Assembly (NCBI RefSeq): GCF_036588685.1
Contig: NC_086376.1
Location: 81,137,630 to 81,201,629 of the forward strand
Direction: 5' to 3'
Length of the DNA stretch: 64,000 nt
Source: Mytilus trossulus
Lineage: Eukaryota
The translations under genes were made by a program, and so were the position numbers. Position 1 is the stretch's first letter, and each line of letters opens with the position of its first letter. This document shows positions 37,601 through 51,323 of the stretch, piece by piece. Below the pieces are notes generated by a model. It had not been told where the DNA came from. It worked only from the letters and a program-made list of their open reading frames with translations, and searched no databases.

Positions 37601-40600
37601 TACGAACAACCTACAATACAAATAGTACCACAATAGTAAAACGTTGTACTGCTGGATGCAAAGCTGTAGTAATAACAAAATTCTCCACAAGAACAACCTA
37701 CAATACAAATAGTACCACAATAGTAAAACGTTGTGCTACTGGATGCATAGCTGTAGAAATAACAGAAATCTCCACACAAACAACCTACAATACAAATAGT
37801 ACCACAAAAGTAAAACGTTGTGCTACTGGGTGCATAGCTGTAATAATAACAGAAATCTCCACAAGAACAACCTACAAAACAAATAGTACCACAATAGTAA
37901 AACGTTGTACTACTGGATGCATAGCTGTAGTAATAACAAATATCTCCACAAGAACAACCTACAATACAAATAGTACCACAATAGTAAACCGTTGTGCTAC
38001 TGGATGCATAGCTGTAGTAATAACATAAATCTACACACGAACAATCTACAATACAAATAGTACCACAATAGTAAAACGTTGTACTACTGGGTGCATAGCT
38101 GTAGTAATAAAAAAAATCTCCACACGAACAACCTACAATACAAATAGTACAACAATAGTAAAACGTTGTACTACTGGATGCAAAGCTGTAGTAATACCAG
38201 AAATATCCACAAGAACAACCTATAATACAAATAGTACCACAATGGTAAAACGTTGTACTACTGGATGCAAAGCTGTAGTAATAACAGAAATCTCCACACG
38301 AACAACCTATAATACAAATAGTACCACAATAGTAAAACGTTGTACTACTGGATGCAAAGCTGTAGTAATAACAGAAATCTCCACACAAACAACCTACAAT
38401 ACAAATAGTACCACAATAGTAAAACGTTGTACTACTGGATGCATAGCTGTAGTAATAACAGAAATCTTCACAAGAACAACCTATAATACAAATAGTACCA
38501 CAAAAGTAAAACGTTGTACTACTGGATGCAAAGCTGTAGTAATAACAGAAATCTCCACACGAACAACCTATAATACAAATAGTACCACAATAGTAAAACG
38601 TTGTACTACTGGATGCAAAGCTGTAGTAATAACAGAAATCTCCACACAAACAACCTACAATACAAATAGTACCACAATAGTAAAACGTTGTACTACTGGA
38701 TGCAAAGCTGTAGTAATAACAGAAATCTCCACACAAACAACCTACAATACAAATAGTACCACAATAGTAAAACGTTGTACTACTGAATGTATAGCTGTAG
38801 TAATAACAGAAATCTCCACACGAACAACCTACAATACAAATAGTACCACAATAGTAAAACGTTGTACTACTGGATGCAAAGCTGTAGTAATAACAGAAAT
38901 CTCCACACGAACAACCTATAATACAAATAGTACCACAATAGTAAAACGTTGTACTACTGGATGCATAGCTGTAGTATTAACAGAAATCTCCACAAGAACA
39001 ACCTACAATACAAATAGTACCACAATAGTAAAACGTTGTGCTACTGGATGCATAGCTGTAGTAATAACAGAAATCTCCACACAAACAACCTACAATACAA
39101 ATAGTACCACAATAGTAAAACGTTGTACTACTGAATGTATAGCTGTAGTAATAACAGAAATCTCCACACAAACAACCTACAATACAAATAGTACCACAAT
39201 AGTAAAACGTTGTACTACTGGATGCATAGCTGTAGTAATAACAGAAATCTCCACACAAACAACCTACAATACAAATAGTACCACAATAGTAAAACGTTGT
39301 ACTACTGGATGCATAGCTGTAGTAATAACAGAAATCTTCACACAAACAACCTACAATACAAATAGTACCACAATAGTAAAACGTTGTGCTACTGGATGCA
39401 TAGCTGTAGTAATAACAGAAATCTCCACACAAACAACCTACAAAACAATTAGTACCACAATAGTAAAACGTTGTACTACTGGATGCATAGCTGTAGTAAT
39501 AACAGAAATCTCCACACGAACAACCTATAATACAAATAGTACCACAATAGTAAAACGTTGTACTACTGTACGAATAGCTGTAGTAATAACAGAAATCTCC
39601 ACACGAACAACCTATAATACAAATAGTACCACAATAGTAAAACGTTGTACTACTGTACGAATAGCTGTAGTAATAACAGAAATCTCCACACGAACAACCT
39701 ATAATACAAATAGTACCACAATAGTAAAACGTTGTACTACTGAATGCATAGCTGTAGTAATAACAGAAATCTCCTCACGAACAACCTACAAAACAATTAG
39801 TACCACAATAGTAAAACGTTGTACTACTGGATGCATACCTGTAGTAATACCAGAAATCTTCACAAGAACAACCTACAATACAAATAGTACCACAATAGTA
39901 AAACGTTGTGCTACTGGATGCATAGCTGTAGTAATAACAGAAATCTCCACACAAACAACCTACAATACAAATAGTACCACAATAGTAAAACGTTGTGCTA
40001 CTGGATGCATAGCTGTAGTAATAACAGAAATCTCCACACAAACAACCTACAAAACAATTAGTACCACAATAGTAAAACGTTGTACTACTGGATGCATACC
40101 TGTAGTAATACCAGAAATCTTCACAAGAACAACCTATAATACAAATAGTACCACATTAGTAAAATGTTGTTCTACTGGATGCATACCTGTAGTAATACCA
40201 GAAATCTTCGCAAGAACAACCTATAATACAAATAGTACCGCAATAGTAAAATGTTGTACTACTGGATGCATAGCTGTAGTAATAACAGAAATCTCCACAC
40301 GAACAACCTATAATACAAATAGTACCACAATAGTAAAACGTTGTACTACTATACGAATAGCTGTAGTAATAACAGAAATCTCCACACACGAACAGCCTAC
40401 AAAACAAATAGTACCACAATAGTAAAACGTTGTACTACTGGATGCATAGCTGTAGTAATAACAGAAATCTTCACAAGAACAGCCTACAATAAAAATAGTA
40501 CCACAATAGTAAAACGTTGTACTACTGTACGAATAGCTGTAGTAATAACAGAAATCTCCACACACGAACAGCCTACAAAACAAATAGTACCACAATAGTA

Positions 40601-43600
40601 AAACGTTGTACTACTGGATGCATACCTGTAGTAATACCAGAAATCTTCGCAAGAACAACCTATAATACAAATAGTACCACAATAGTAAAATGTTGTACTA
40701 CTGGATGCATAGCTGTAGTAATAACAGAAATCTCCACGCGAACAACCTATAATACAAATAGTACCACAATAGTAAAACGTTGTACTACTGTACGAATAGC
40801 TGTAGTAATAACAGAAATCTCCACACACGAACAGCCTACAAAACAAATAGTACCACAATAGTAAAACGTTGTACTACTGGATGCATAGCTGTAGTAATAA
40901 CAGAAATCTTCACAAGAACAGCCTACAATACAAATAGTACCACAATAGTAAAACGTTGTACTACTGGATGCATAGCTGTAGTAATAACAGAAATCTCCAC
41001 ACGAACAGCCTACAATACAAATAGTACCACAATAGTAAAACGTTGTACTACTGGATGCATAGCTGTAGTAATAACAGAAATCTTCACACGAACAGCCTAC
41101 AATACAAATAGTACCACAATAGTAAAACGTTGTACTACTGGATGCATAGCTGTAGTAATAACAGAAATCTCCACAAGAACAACCTACAATACAAATAGTA
41201 CCACAATAGTAAAACGTTGTGCTACTGGATGCATAGCTGTAGTAATAACAGAAATCTCCACACAAACAACCTACAAAACAAATAGTAACACAATAGTAAA
41301 ATGTTGTGCTACTGGGTGCATAGCTGTAATAATAACATAAATTTACACACGAACAACCTACAATACAAATAGTACCACAATAGTAAAACGTTGTACTACT
41401 GGATGCATAGCTGTAGTAATAACAGAAATCTCCACACAAACAACCTACAATATAAATAGTACCACAATAGTAAAACGTTGTTCTACTGGATGCAAAGCTG
41501 TAGTAATAACAAAAATATCCACAAGAACAACCTACAATACAAATAGTATCACAATAGTAAAACGTTGTGCTACTGGATGCATAGCTGTAGTAATAACAGA
41601 AATCTCCACACAAACAACCTACAATACAAATAGTACCACAATAGTAAAACGTTGTACTACTGGATGCATAGCTGTAGTAATAACAGAAATCTTCACAAGA
41701 ACAACCTATAATACAAATAGTACCACAAAAGTAAAACGTTGTACTACTGGATGCAAAGCTGTAGTAATAACAGAAATCTCCACACGAACAACCTATAATA
41801 CAAATAGTACCACAATAGTAAAACGTTGTACTACTGGATGCAAAGCTGTAGTAATAACAGAAATCTCCACACAAACAACCTACAATACAAATAGTACCAC
41901 AATAGTAAAACGTTGTACTACTGGATGCATAGCTGTAGTAATAACAGAAATCTTCACAAGAACAACCTATAATACAAATAGTACCACAAAAGTAAAACGT
42001 TGTACTACTGGATGCAAAGCTGTAGTAATAACAGAAATCTCCACACGAACAACCTATAATACAAATAGTACCACAATAGTAAAACGTTGTACTACTGGAT
42101 GCAAAGCTGTAGTAATAACAGAAATCTCCACACAAACAACCTACAATACAAATAGTACCACAATAGTAAAACGTTGTACTACTGGATGCAAAGCTGTAGT
42201 AATAACAGAAATCTCCACACAAACAACCTACAATACAAATAGTACCACAATAGTAAAACGTTGTACTACTGAATGTATAGCTGTAGTAATAACAGAAATC
42301 TCCACACGAACAACCTACAATACAAATAGTACCACAATAGTAAAACGTTGTACTACTGGATGCAAAGCTGTAGTAATAACAGAAATCTCCACACGAACAA
42401 CCTATAATACAAATAGTACCACAATAGTAAAACGTTGTACTACTGGATGCATAGCTGTAGTATTAACAGAAATCTCCACAAGAACAACCTACAATACAAA
42501 TAGTACCACAATAGTAAAATGTTGTTCTACTGGATGCATACCTGTAGTAATACCAGAAATCTTCGCAAGAACAACCTATAATACAAATAGTACCACAATA
42601 GTAAAATGTTGTACTACTGGATGCATAGCTGTAGTAATAACAGAAATCTCCACACAAACAACCTACAATACAAATAGTACCACAATAGTAAAACGTTGTA
42701 CTACTGAATGTATAGCTGTAGTAATAACAGAAATCTCCACACGAACAACCTACAATACAAATAGTACCACAATAGTAAAACGTTGTACTACTGGATGCAT
42801 AGCTGTAGTAATAACAGAAATCTCCACACAAACAACCTACAATACAAATAGTACCACAATAGTAAAACGTTGTGCTACTGGATGCATAGCTGTAGTAATA
42901 ACAGAAATCTCCACACAAACAACCTACAAAACAAATAGTACCACAATAGTAAAACGTTGTACTACTGGATGCATAGCTGTAGTAATAACAGAAATCTCCA
43001 CAAGAACAACCTACAATACAAATATTACCACAATAGTAAAACGTTGTGCTACTGGATGCATAGCTGTAGTAATAACAGAAATCTCCACACAAACAACCTA
43101 CAATAAAAATAGTATCACAATAGTAAAACGTTGTTCTACTGGATGCATAGCTGTAGTAATAACAGAAATCTCCACAAGAACAACCTACAATACAAATAGT
43201 ACCACAATAGTAAAACGTTGTGCTACTGGATGCATAGCTGTAGTAATAACAGAAATCTCCACAAGAACAACCTATAAAACAAATAGTAACACAATAGTAA
43301 AACGTTGTGCTACTGGATGCATAGCTGTAGTAATAACAGAAATCTCCACACAAACAACCTACAAAACAAATAGTACCACAATAGTAAAACGTTGTACTAC
43401 TGAATGTATAGCTGTAGTAATAACAGAAATCTCCACATAAACAACCTACAATACAAATAGTACCACAATAGTTAAACGTTGTGCTACTGGATGCATAGCT
43501 GTAGTAATAACAGAAATCTCCACACAAACAACCTACAATACAAATAGTACCACAAAAGTAAAACGTTGTGCTACTGGATGCATAGCTGTAGTAATAACAG

Positions 43601-46600
43601 AAATCTCCACACAAACAACCTACAATACAAATAGTACCACAATAGTAAAACGTTGTGCTACTGGATGCATAGCTGTAGTAATAACAGAAATCTCCACACA
43701 AACAACCTACAATACAAATAGTAATACAATAGTAAAACGTTGTGCTACTGGATGCATAGCTGTAGTAATAACAGAAATCTCCACACAAACAACCTACAAA
43801 ACAAATAGTACCACAATAGTAAAACGTTGTACTACTGGATGCATAGCTGTAGTAATAACAGAAATCTCCACACAAACAACCTATAAAACAAATAGTACCA
43901 CAATAGTAAAACGTTGTACTACTGGGTGCATAGCTGTAATAATAACATAAATCTACACACGAACAACCTACAATACAAATAGTACCACAATAGTAAAACG
44001 TTGTACTACTGGATGCATAGCTGTAGTAATAACAGAAATCTCCACACAAACAACCTACAATACAAATAGTACCACAATAGTAAAACGTTGTACTACTGGA
44101 TGCATAGCTGTAGTAATAACAGAAATCTCCACACAAACAACCTACAATACAAATAGTACCACAATAGTAAAACGTTGTACTACTGGATGCATAGCTGTAG
44201 TAATAACAGAAATCTCCACACAAACAACCTACAATACAAATAGTAATACAATAGTAAAACGTTGTGCTACTGGATGCATAGCTGTAGTAATAACAGAAAT
44301 CTCCACACAAACAACCTACAAAACAAATAGTACCACAATAGTAAAACGTTGTACTACTGGATGCATAGCTGTAGTAATAACAGAAATCTCCACACAAACA
44401 ACCTACAATACAAATAGTATCACAATAGTAAAACGTTGTTCTACTGGATGCATACCTGTAGTAATACCAGAAATATCCACAAGAACAACCTACAATACAA
44501 ATAGTACCACAATAGTAAAATGTTGTACTACTGGATGCATACCTGTAGTAATACCAGAAATCTTCGCAAGAACAACCTATAATACAAATAGTACCGCAAT
44601 AGTAAAATGTTGTACTACTGGATGCATAGCTGTAGTAATAACAGAAATCTCCACACGAACAACCTATAATACAAATAGTACCACAATAGTAAAACGTTGT
44701 ACTACTATACGAATAGCTGTAGTAATAACAGAAATCTCCACACACGAACAGCCTACAAAACAAATAGTACCACAATAGTAAAACGTTGTACTACTGGATG
44801 CATAGCTGTAGTAATAACAGAAATCTTCACAAGAACAGCCTACAATAAAAATAGTACCACAATAGTAAAACGTTGTACTACTGTACGAATAGCTGTAGTA
44901 ATAACAGAAATCTCCACACACGAACAGCCTACAAAACAAATAGTACCACAATAGTAAAACGTTGTACTACTGGATGCATACCTGTAGTAATACCAGAAAT
45001 CTTCGCAAGAACAACCTATAATACAAATAGTACCACAATAGTAAAATGTTGTACTACTGGATGCATAGCTGTAGTAATAACAGAAATCTCCACGCGAACA
45101 ACCTATAATACAAATAGTACCACAATAGTAAAACGTTGTACTACTGTACGAATAGCTGTAGTAATAACAGAAATCTCCACACACGAACAGCCTACAAAAC
45201 AAATAGTACCACAATAGTAAAACGTTGTACTACTGGATGCATAGCTGTAGTAATAACAGAAATCTTCACAAGAACAGCCTACAATACAAATAGTACCACA
45301 ATAGTAAAACGTTGTACTACTGGATGCATAGCTGTAGTAATAACAGAAATCTCCACACGAACAGCCTACAATACAAATAGTACCACAATAGTAAAACGTT
45401 GTACTACTGGATGCATAGCTGTAGTAATAACAGAAATCTTCACACGAACAGCCTACAATACAAATAGTACCACAATAGTAAAACGTTGTACTACTGGATG
45501 CATAGCTGTAGTAATAACAGAAATCTCCACAAGAACAACCTACAATACAAATAGTACCACAATAGTAAAACGTTGTGCTACTGGATGCATAGCTGTAGTA
45601 ATAACAGAAATCTCCACACAAACAACCTACAAAACAAATAGTAACACAATAGTAAAATGTTGTGCTACTGGGTGCATAGCTGTAATAATAACATAAATCT
45701 ACACACGAACAACCTACAATACAAATAGTACCACAATAGTAAAACGTTGTACTACTGGATGCATAGCTGTAGTAATAACAGAAATCTCCACACAAACAAC
45801 CTACAATATAAATAGTACCACAATAGTAAAACGTTGTTCTACTGGATGCAAAGCTGTAGTAATAACAAAAATATCCACAAGAACAACCTACAATACAAAT
45901 AGTATCACAATAGTAAAACGTTGTGCTACTGGATGCATAGCTGTAGTAATAACAGAAATCTCCACAAGAACAACCTACAATACAAATAGTACCACAATAG
46001 TAAAACGTTGTACTACTGTACGAATAGCTGTAGTAATAACAGAAATCTCCACAAGAACAACCTATAATACAAATAGTATCACAATAGTAAAACGTTGTTC
46101 TACTTGATGCAAAGCTGTAGTAATAACAAAAATCTCCACAAGAACAACCTACAATACAAATAGTACCACAATAGTAAAACGTTGTGCTACTGGATGCATA
46201 GCTGTAGTAATAACAGAAATCTCCACAAAAACAACCTACAATACAAATGGTACCACAATAGTAAAACGTTGTGCTACTGGATGCATAGCTGTAGTAATAA
46301 CAGAAATCTCCACACGAACAACCTACAATACAAACATTCGAAACCAACTGATATAGTGAGATAATAACGCCCATAAACTATTTGCCACTGGAAGTAAGGT
46401 AAGCAACAATGAATGAAACAAAATTATAATCACAATAACTTTTAGTTTAATGTAACTGTTTGTGGTGGTTTTTTTAGGTGTGTATTTAAGTATACCTTTC
46501 TTTTTTAGGAGTAAAAATACCGATTAACGATTTTACAGGAGAGGTTCGACATACAGTTTTCTAGGTTTTTTTTTATATAATATGTAGATGCCAACACAGG

Positions 46601-47143
46601 CACTTGTCTCTGTTTTTTTTTTTTTTTTTTTTTTTATCTATGTTCCTGTATATTGACGGTGGATGCCATTGATCCAACTATATACTAGTATAAATCCACA
46701 AGATTTTAAAAGACGTGATTTTAGGAACCTTTTAGTATCCATATTGACTTCAACAGTGAGCAAAACCCATGCATTATATTCAGCTATATATAAAAGACCC
46801 CAAAATGACAAAATGAGAAACGATTCGAACAAAAACATCAACTTTGAATTATAACAAAACCCAAATGCGAAGCCATCGATAATTAAATTTTACTGCATAT
46901 ATATAACAGGCCCATAAATTTGCGAGAGGATCATACATATCGTGGCGGGGTTAAACATTCACATTGCTTGTTTGTTTTGTTTTGTAAGTTATCTCGATTT
47001 AAATAAGTCAACGGATGATTGTTCCTAAGAGGATAACGTTAAAGTTGAAAGATAAATTTTCAAAAATTAAGTTACAAACTGTACTTACCAGTAATAAAAT
47101 AAAGTAAGACTAAAAGAGATATTCGGAATAGTTCTAGCGCCAT
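34651..47143 (-). CDS. CYYR1/Shisa-like single-pass membrane protein (minimal form 179 aa); exons 47143-47089, 36567-36453, 35551-35406, 34874-34651
   Basis: Signal peptide MALELFRISLLVLLYFITG, Cys/Tyr ectodomain CSCGDFCYYYSYASSSTTFYYCGTGCCGYYYSRECC, TM IAGSIVGGVVVVAIVIGIIICCVI, basic stretch, and Pro-rich tail with PPDY and PPPY motifs. All junctions are GT-AG and phase-compatible. Which acceptor in the array is used is unknown. Confidence 0.85.
36494..46334 (-). repeat. About 113 x 87-bp tandem array = 3' end of intron 1 plus first 74 nt of exon 2 of the CYYR1/Shisa-like gene
   Basis: Unit (minus strand): (a)tttgtattgtag|GT TGT TCG TGT GGA GAT TTC ... TAT TGT GGT ACT. First acceptor at 46322, last at 36567; the 9755-bp span equals 112 x 87 + 11 net indel. 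Confidence 0.95.
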
Positions 47144-47599
47144 TTTGCAAGTGTTATGCAGAGACTACAATTTCAATGGGAGAAGTCTTTTAGTTTTAAG
47201 CCTCTTTAATCAATTAATCTAAAAAAGAATTAGGTCTTTAAATTTAGAAGTTTTTATTTCAAAATATTAGCTTTTTAAGCTGTTGATCTCGATCCAACCA
47301 TTATTTTAATCTGTTTACGTGTCAGAGAAATTTATTAGGGCGAAAATATCATTATGAAAATTTATTGTACTCTATAGCCAGTCGACCGAAATAACGGCTG
47401 GTTCGCAACGATATATCTATGTCTGATATCGACTGTTTCCTCGAATTCGTACTGGGTGGAATACAACGAATGAATATAACAACGAGTAGATCAAGCGGTT
47501 ATTGATATACAGATATTTCACTGAGATGTCAAACAAAAGACAGGGACATGTCCAGTCTATTAATTAATAGTCTTCCAGTGAAAGTTGCCTATATTTTTT

Positions 47600-49060
47600 A
47601 GCATGAACCTGGCATGTGCACAGACAGACAAAGCCGTATACATCAGTCTGCACGGAGTATCATCGAGTAGCCAGCATAGTCCTTTTGATCCGACCAAGTA
47701 AAACTATCAAGCTTTAGCTTTTCTACAACTATCCGATAAACTTAACATGTTCCAAGAAAATGAGGTCAAGGTCATATAAACCGAAAGAAAAATACATGTA
47801 CACCTAAACATCATTCAATACACTAAATATAGTTAACCAAGAATTAATTGCAATACACCATGCTGCTACGAATTGAACCCCTACTCCCAAAAAATAAAAT
47901 TTGAAAAGATTTTACCCCCTTTATTTTTTTTATTTTGTGCAATACCCTAAGCTGTTGAGAATTGACCCCACTCCCAAAATTTTTTGTTTGCCTCCCATCC
48001 AATTTTTTTTTTGTCAAAAAAATTATTTGTAGAAATTTTCTTTTTAATTTTTGAAATCTTGAAATCCCCCACAATTTCTTGAATACCCCCCTTTTTCCCC
48101 AAAAAAACAATTCTTTCCCTCAAGATATGGTCAAAAATTTACTATTAAAATTTCAAATGGATTTGCAAACATAGAAAAAAATTTAAAAGCAGTGTAAGGG
48201 AGGTAATCCAAATTTGTACTTAAAACTAATCGTATATTAACCAATACACCTTTGTTTTTCCACCTAATTCCTACACGTTTTGGGCCATAACCCCCTTAAG
48301 CCAATCATAATTTTCACTTTCTGGTATGGAACCTTGTGGTATAATTAGGGAGATCCTTAAAATATTGTCTGGAAACTAGAAAAATGCTTTTTTGGACCCC
48401 ATTATGCCTTATTCCTTAACTGTTTCGACATCAACCCTCAAAATCAATCCCAACCTTCCTATTGTGGTTATAAACCTAGTGTTTAAATTTCATAGATTTC
48501 TATTCATACTAATACTAAATTTATTGTCCAGAAACCAAGTGTCTTTTGACAATGACAGTGTGATAGCATATACGTTTATAAAAACTAACATTGACCAATG
48601 AACCACGTAAATTAGGTCAATGTCAGATTACCAAGCCATGGGAGACATGTACAGCTTATAATGCTTCCATACAACACATATAGTTGACCTATTGCTTATA
48701 GTATAAGAAAATAAGACCAAACCTCAACAAGAGTGCAAACTCTGAAATGTCTCACCTTCTTTTCTAATCATTTATATTATGTTGAGTCCTTAATATAAAG
48801 CTTTACTACAACTAACACATAAACTTAATATGATCCAACAAATGAGGTCAAGGTCATTTAAACAAAACAAGAAATTCATGTACACCTTACAATTAAGAAA
48901 ACTAAACATTGACCAATAAACCATGAAAATGAGGTCAAGGTAAGATGAACCATGCCAGGCAGGCATATACAGCTTACAATCCTTCCATTCTACAGTTGAC
49001 CTATTGCTTATAGTTTGAAAAAAACAGACCAACACACAAAAACATAACACTGAGCAATGA
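47600..49060. mobile_element. Cluster of decayed HINE-like fragments upstream of the CYYR1/Shisa-like gene
   Basis: GAAAATGAGGTCAAGGTCA and ACAAGAGTGCAAACTCTGAAATGTCTC motifs shared with 51787-53022; AAAATCAATCCCAACCTTCC shared with the 54583 element. Confidence 0.55.
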
Positions 49061-51323
49061 GTCTTGGTCTTTTTATCTAATACTTTATGCGATAGATTAA
49101 CTACATTTGGTGTATGGAAATATTTTTATGATGAACATGTCAGTTATAGTAACAGATCAACTGGCTTCTGTAATGATTTCATTTTTCTTTGATGCACCTT
49201 TTACAAAACCAATATTTATATGCGTGTTTTTTATACCTCAGGAAAGGATTACCTTTGCTGTTTCTGGCAAAACCTTTCAGAATTTTACTTCTTAAATGCT
49301 CTTGGCTAACATTGGCTAGAGGTATAGGGGGAGGGTTGATATATCATAAATATGTTTAACCCTGCCACATTTTTGCACCTGTTCCATAGTCAGGAGCCAC
49401 TAGCCTTTTTTAGTCTTGTATTATTTCTAATTTTAGTTTCTTGTGTACAATTTAGAGTTTAGTATGGCATTCATTATCACTGAAATAGTATATATATTTG
49501 TTATGGGTCTAGTTGAAGGACGCCTCCGGGTACAGGATTTCTCGCTGCATTGAAGACCTGTTGGTGACCTTCTGCTGTTGTCTGTTCTATGGTCAGGTTG
49601 TTGTCTCTTTGACACTTTCCCCATTTTCCATTCTCAATTTCATCTTCAACTTCAGACTTTATTTGGCCTTTTCGACTTTTTTTTCAAGCATCACTGATGA
49701 GTCTTTTGCAGACTGACAGAAAAAGGATAAATTGTAAGACTGATGTCTTTTGTATTGCTTATGTTGCCAATTTAAGAACATACAAGTTATCAATTTTCAT
49801 TAGCATATTTTTCTATTACAACCCCTCTGTCCTTGGTGACCATGACCTTTATTTTTATCCCAAAATAACTCCTTTAGAATGTCCTAGTATTGTGCAAGCT
49901 TACCTCTCCCTTTTCATATATGCTGTTTTTAATTAATGCTCCCAATTTATATGTCTGCCCAAAAATATATATAATAAAGTGGGTTTTTTGGTAGCACACA
50001 TATCTGGATGGTAATTTTTAGCATGGCATAAACAAAGCTTTCTAGTCATTGTATTTTTTTTTTATTTTCAATACTCGTAAAATTTGGCTACAGCATCCAT
50101 ACATATAATCTTGTTGCAGCCAGATTATTAGATGCAACTTTCAAAAATGGTTTGTTAATTTAAAATATAATATTATAACCAAACAAGATTTGTATGGTGT
50201 TAGAATTATTCAGGGAAACTTCACGCAGGAAAACTCACAAGAATTTTCTTACATCAACATCATCCTAAAAGTAAAAGCACTAACATATTATGCCAAACAG
50301 TGCTTTATTATTCACAGTAATACTATACCAGTTTCCTGGATTGTGTGAAAGACCCGCAGTCCAATCCTCCAGGGCTGTATACAATATATATGTATAGAAA
50401 ATTAGAAATTAGAGATCTAAATTCAATAATATTCACAAAATTGATAAAAATAAACCTTGAAGTTACAACTTGCATGGTTTGCAATGCCAACAATATTAAA
50501 TATCAGGTATGAAATGGAGCTTCATCAAATAAATAGCCAAAGTTTGATCTAGTATATGAGGTAAGATCTGGCACAACATCTATTTTTTGGTTTTGTTTGG
50601 AAAGAGAAAGTTAAGATAGAGAAAAGGGGAGAGGGATGATTTTGTCAATTTAAAACTGATTTGACAACTTAACATTTTGTGCAAGTCAGGCTATATGAAC
50701 CATGTGTTGTTTTTTATGTTTGCTTCAGTTTATTTAACTTTTTGTTTCAGTAGGAGTTGGCTAATGATGGTTGGTGAGGTGTGTTTGGCTGTGTCCAATA
50801 TTTGAAGGATTCCTATTCCTGATACCATTTTTAGTATTGTTAAAATGCATCAATCACTGGCACTGAACATTGAGTTTCATCATGTTATTGGACTGAAAGA
50901 TAACTAACTAGACAATGAAAGCATTGTGGACATCGGAAAAGGAGAAAGTTGGATAAATAATGGAGATAACTTTGTTTCAATAAATGATACAAAAAAGATT
51001 GAATTCTGGACATTGTAATATACTTTTCATCCACACCATGTCTAAGATCTCTCTTTTCCTAATTAGTAATGAACAATAAATGAATGGACAAGGACAAAGA
51101 TGGTGAACATAAAATCAAAATCACAAAAAGGTAAAAAAAAAACCACAATGAACAATAACTTTTTAAGTTGTCTATACAAGTAACTTTTGTTTCAAAAATT
51201 TTCAATTTACAAATTGAAATTTTTTGAATTATGAATCATATTTTCTTTCAAGACAGTTTGAAAAAATTTCTACAATTTTCCATGAACCATTATGTCATCA
51301 CTAATCAAAGAAAAACCTATTAA

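Noticed and set aside
38242-40422. 726-aa Thr-rich mucin-like ORF and similar plus-strand ORFs in the array
   Set aside because: They are the reverse frame of the 87-bp repeat. Only the minus strand connects to a signal exon, TM and tail.
36494-46334. CRISPR-like array
   Set aside because: No unique spacers or cas genes; contiguous tandem units in a eukaryotic gene.
46324-46390. Upstream acceptors (TTCCAG|TGG, AATAG|TTT) for exon 2, and the ORF start at 46374
   Set aside because: Joined to exon 1 these acceptors reach stops within about 22-35 codons. The 46374 ATG lies in intron sequence.
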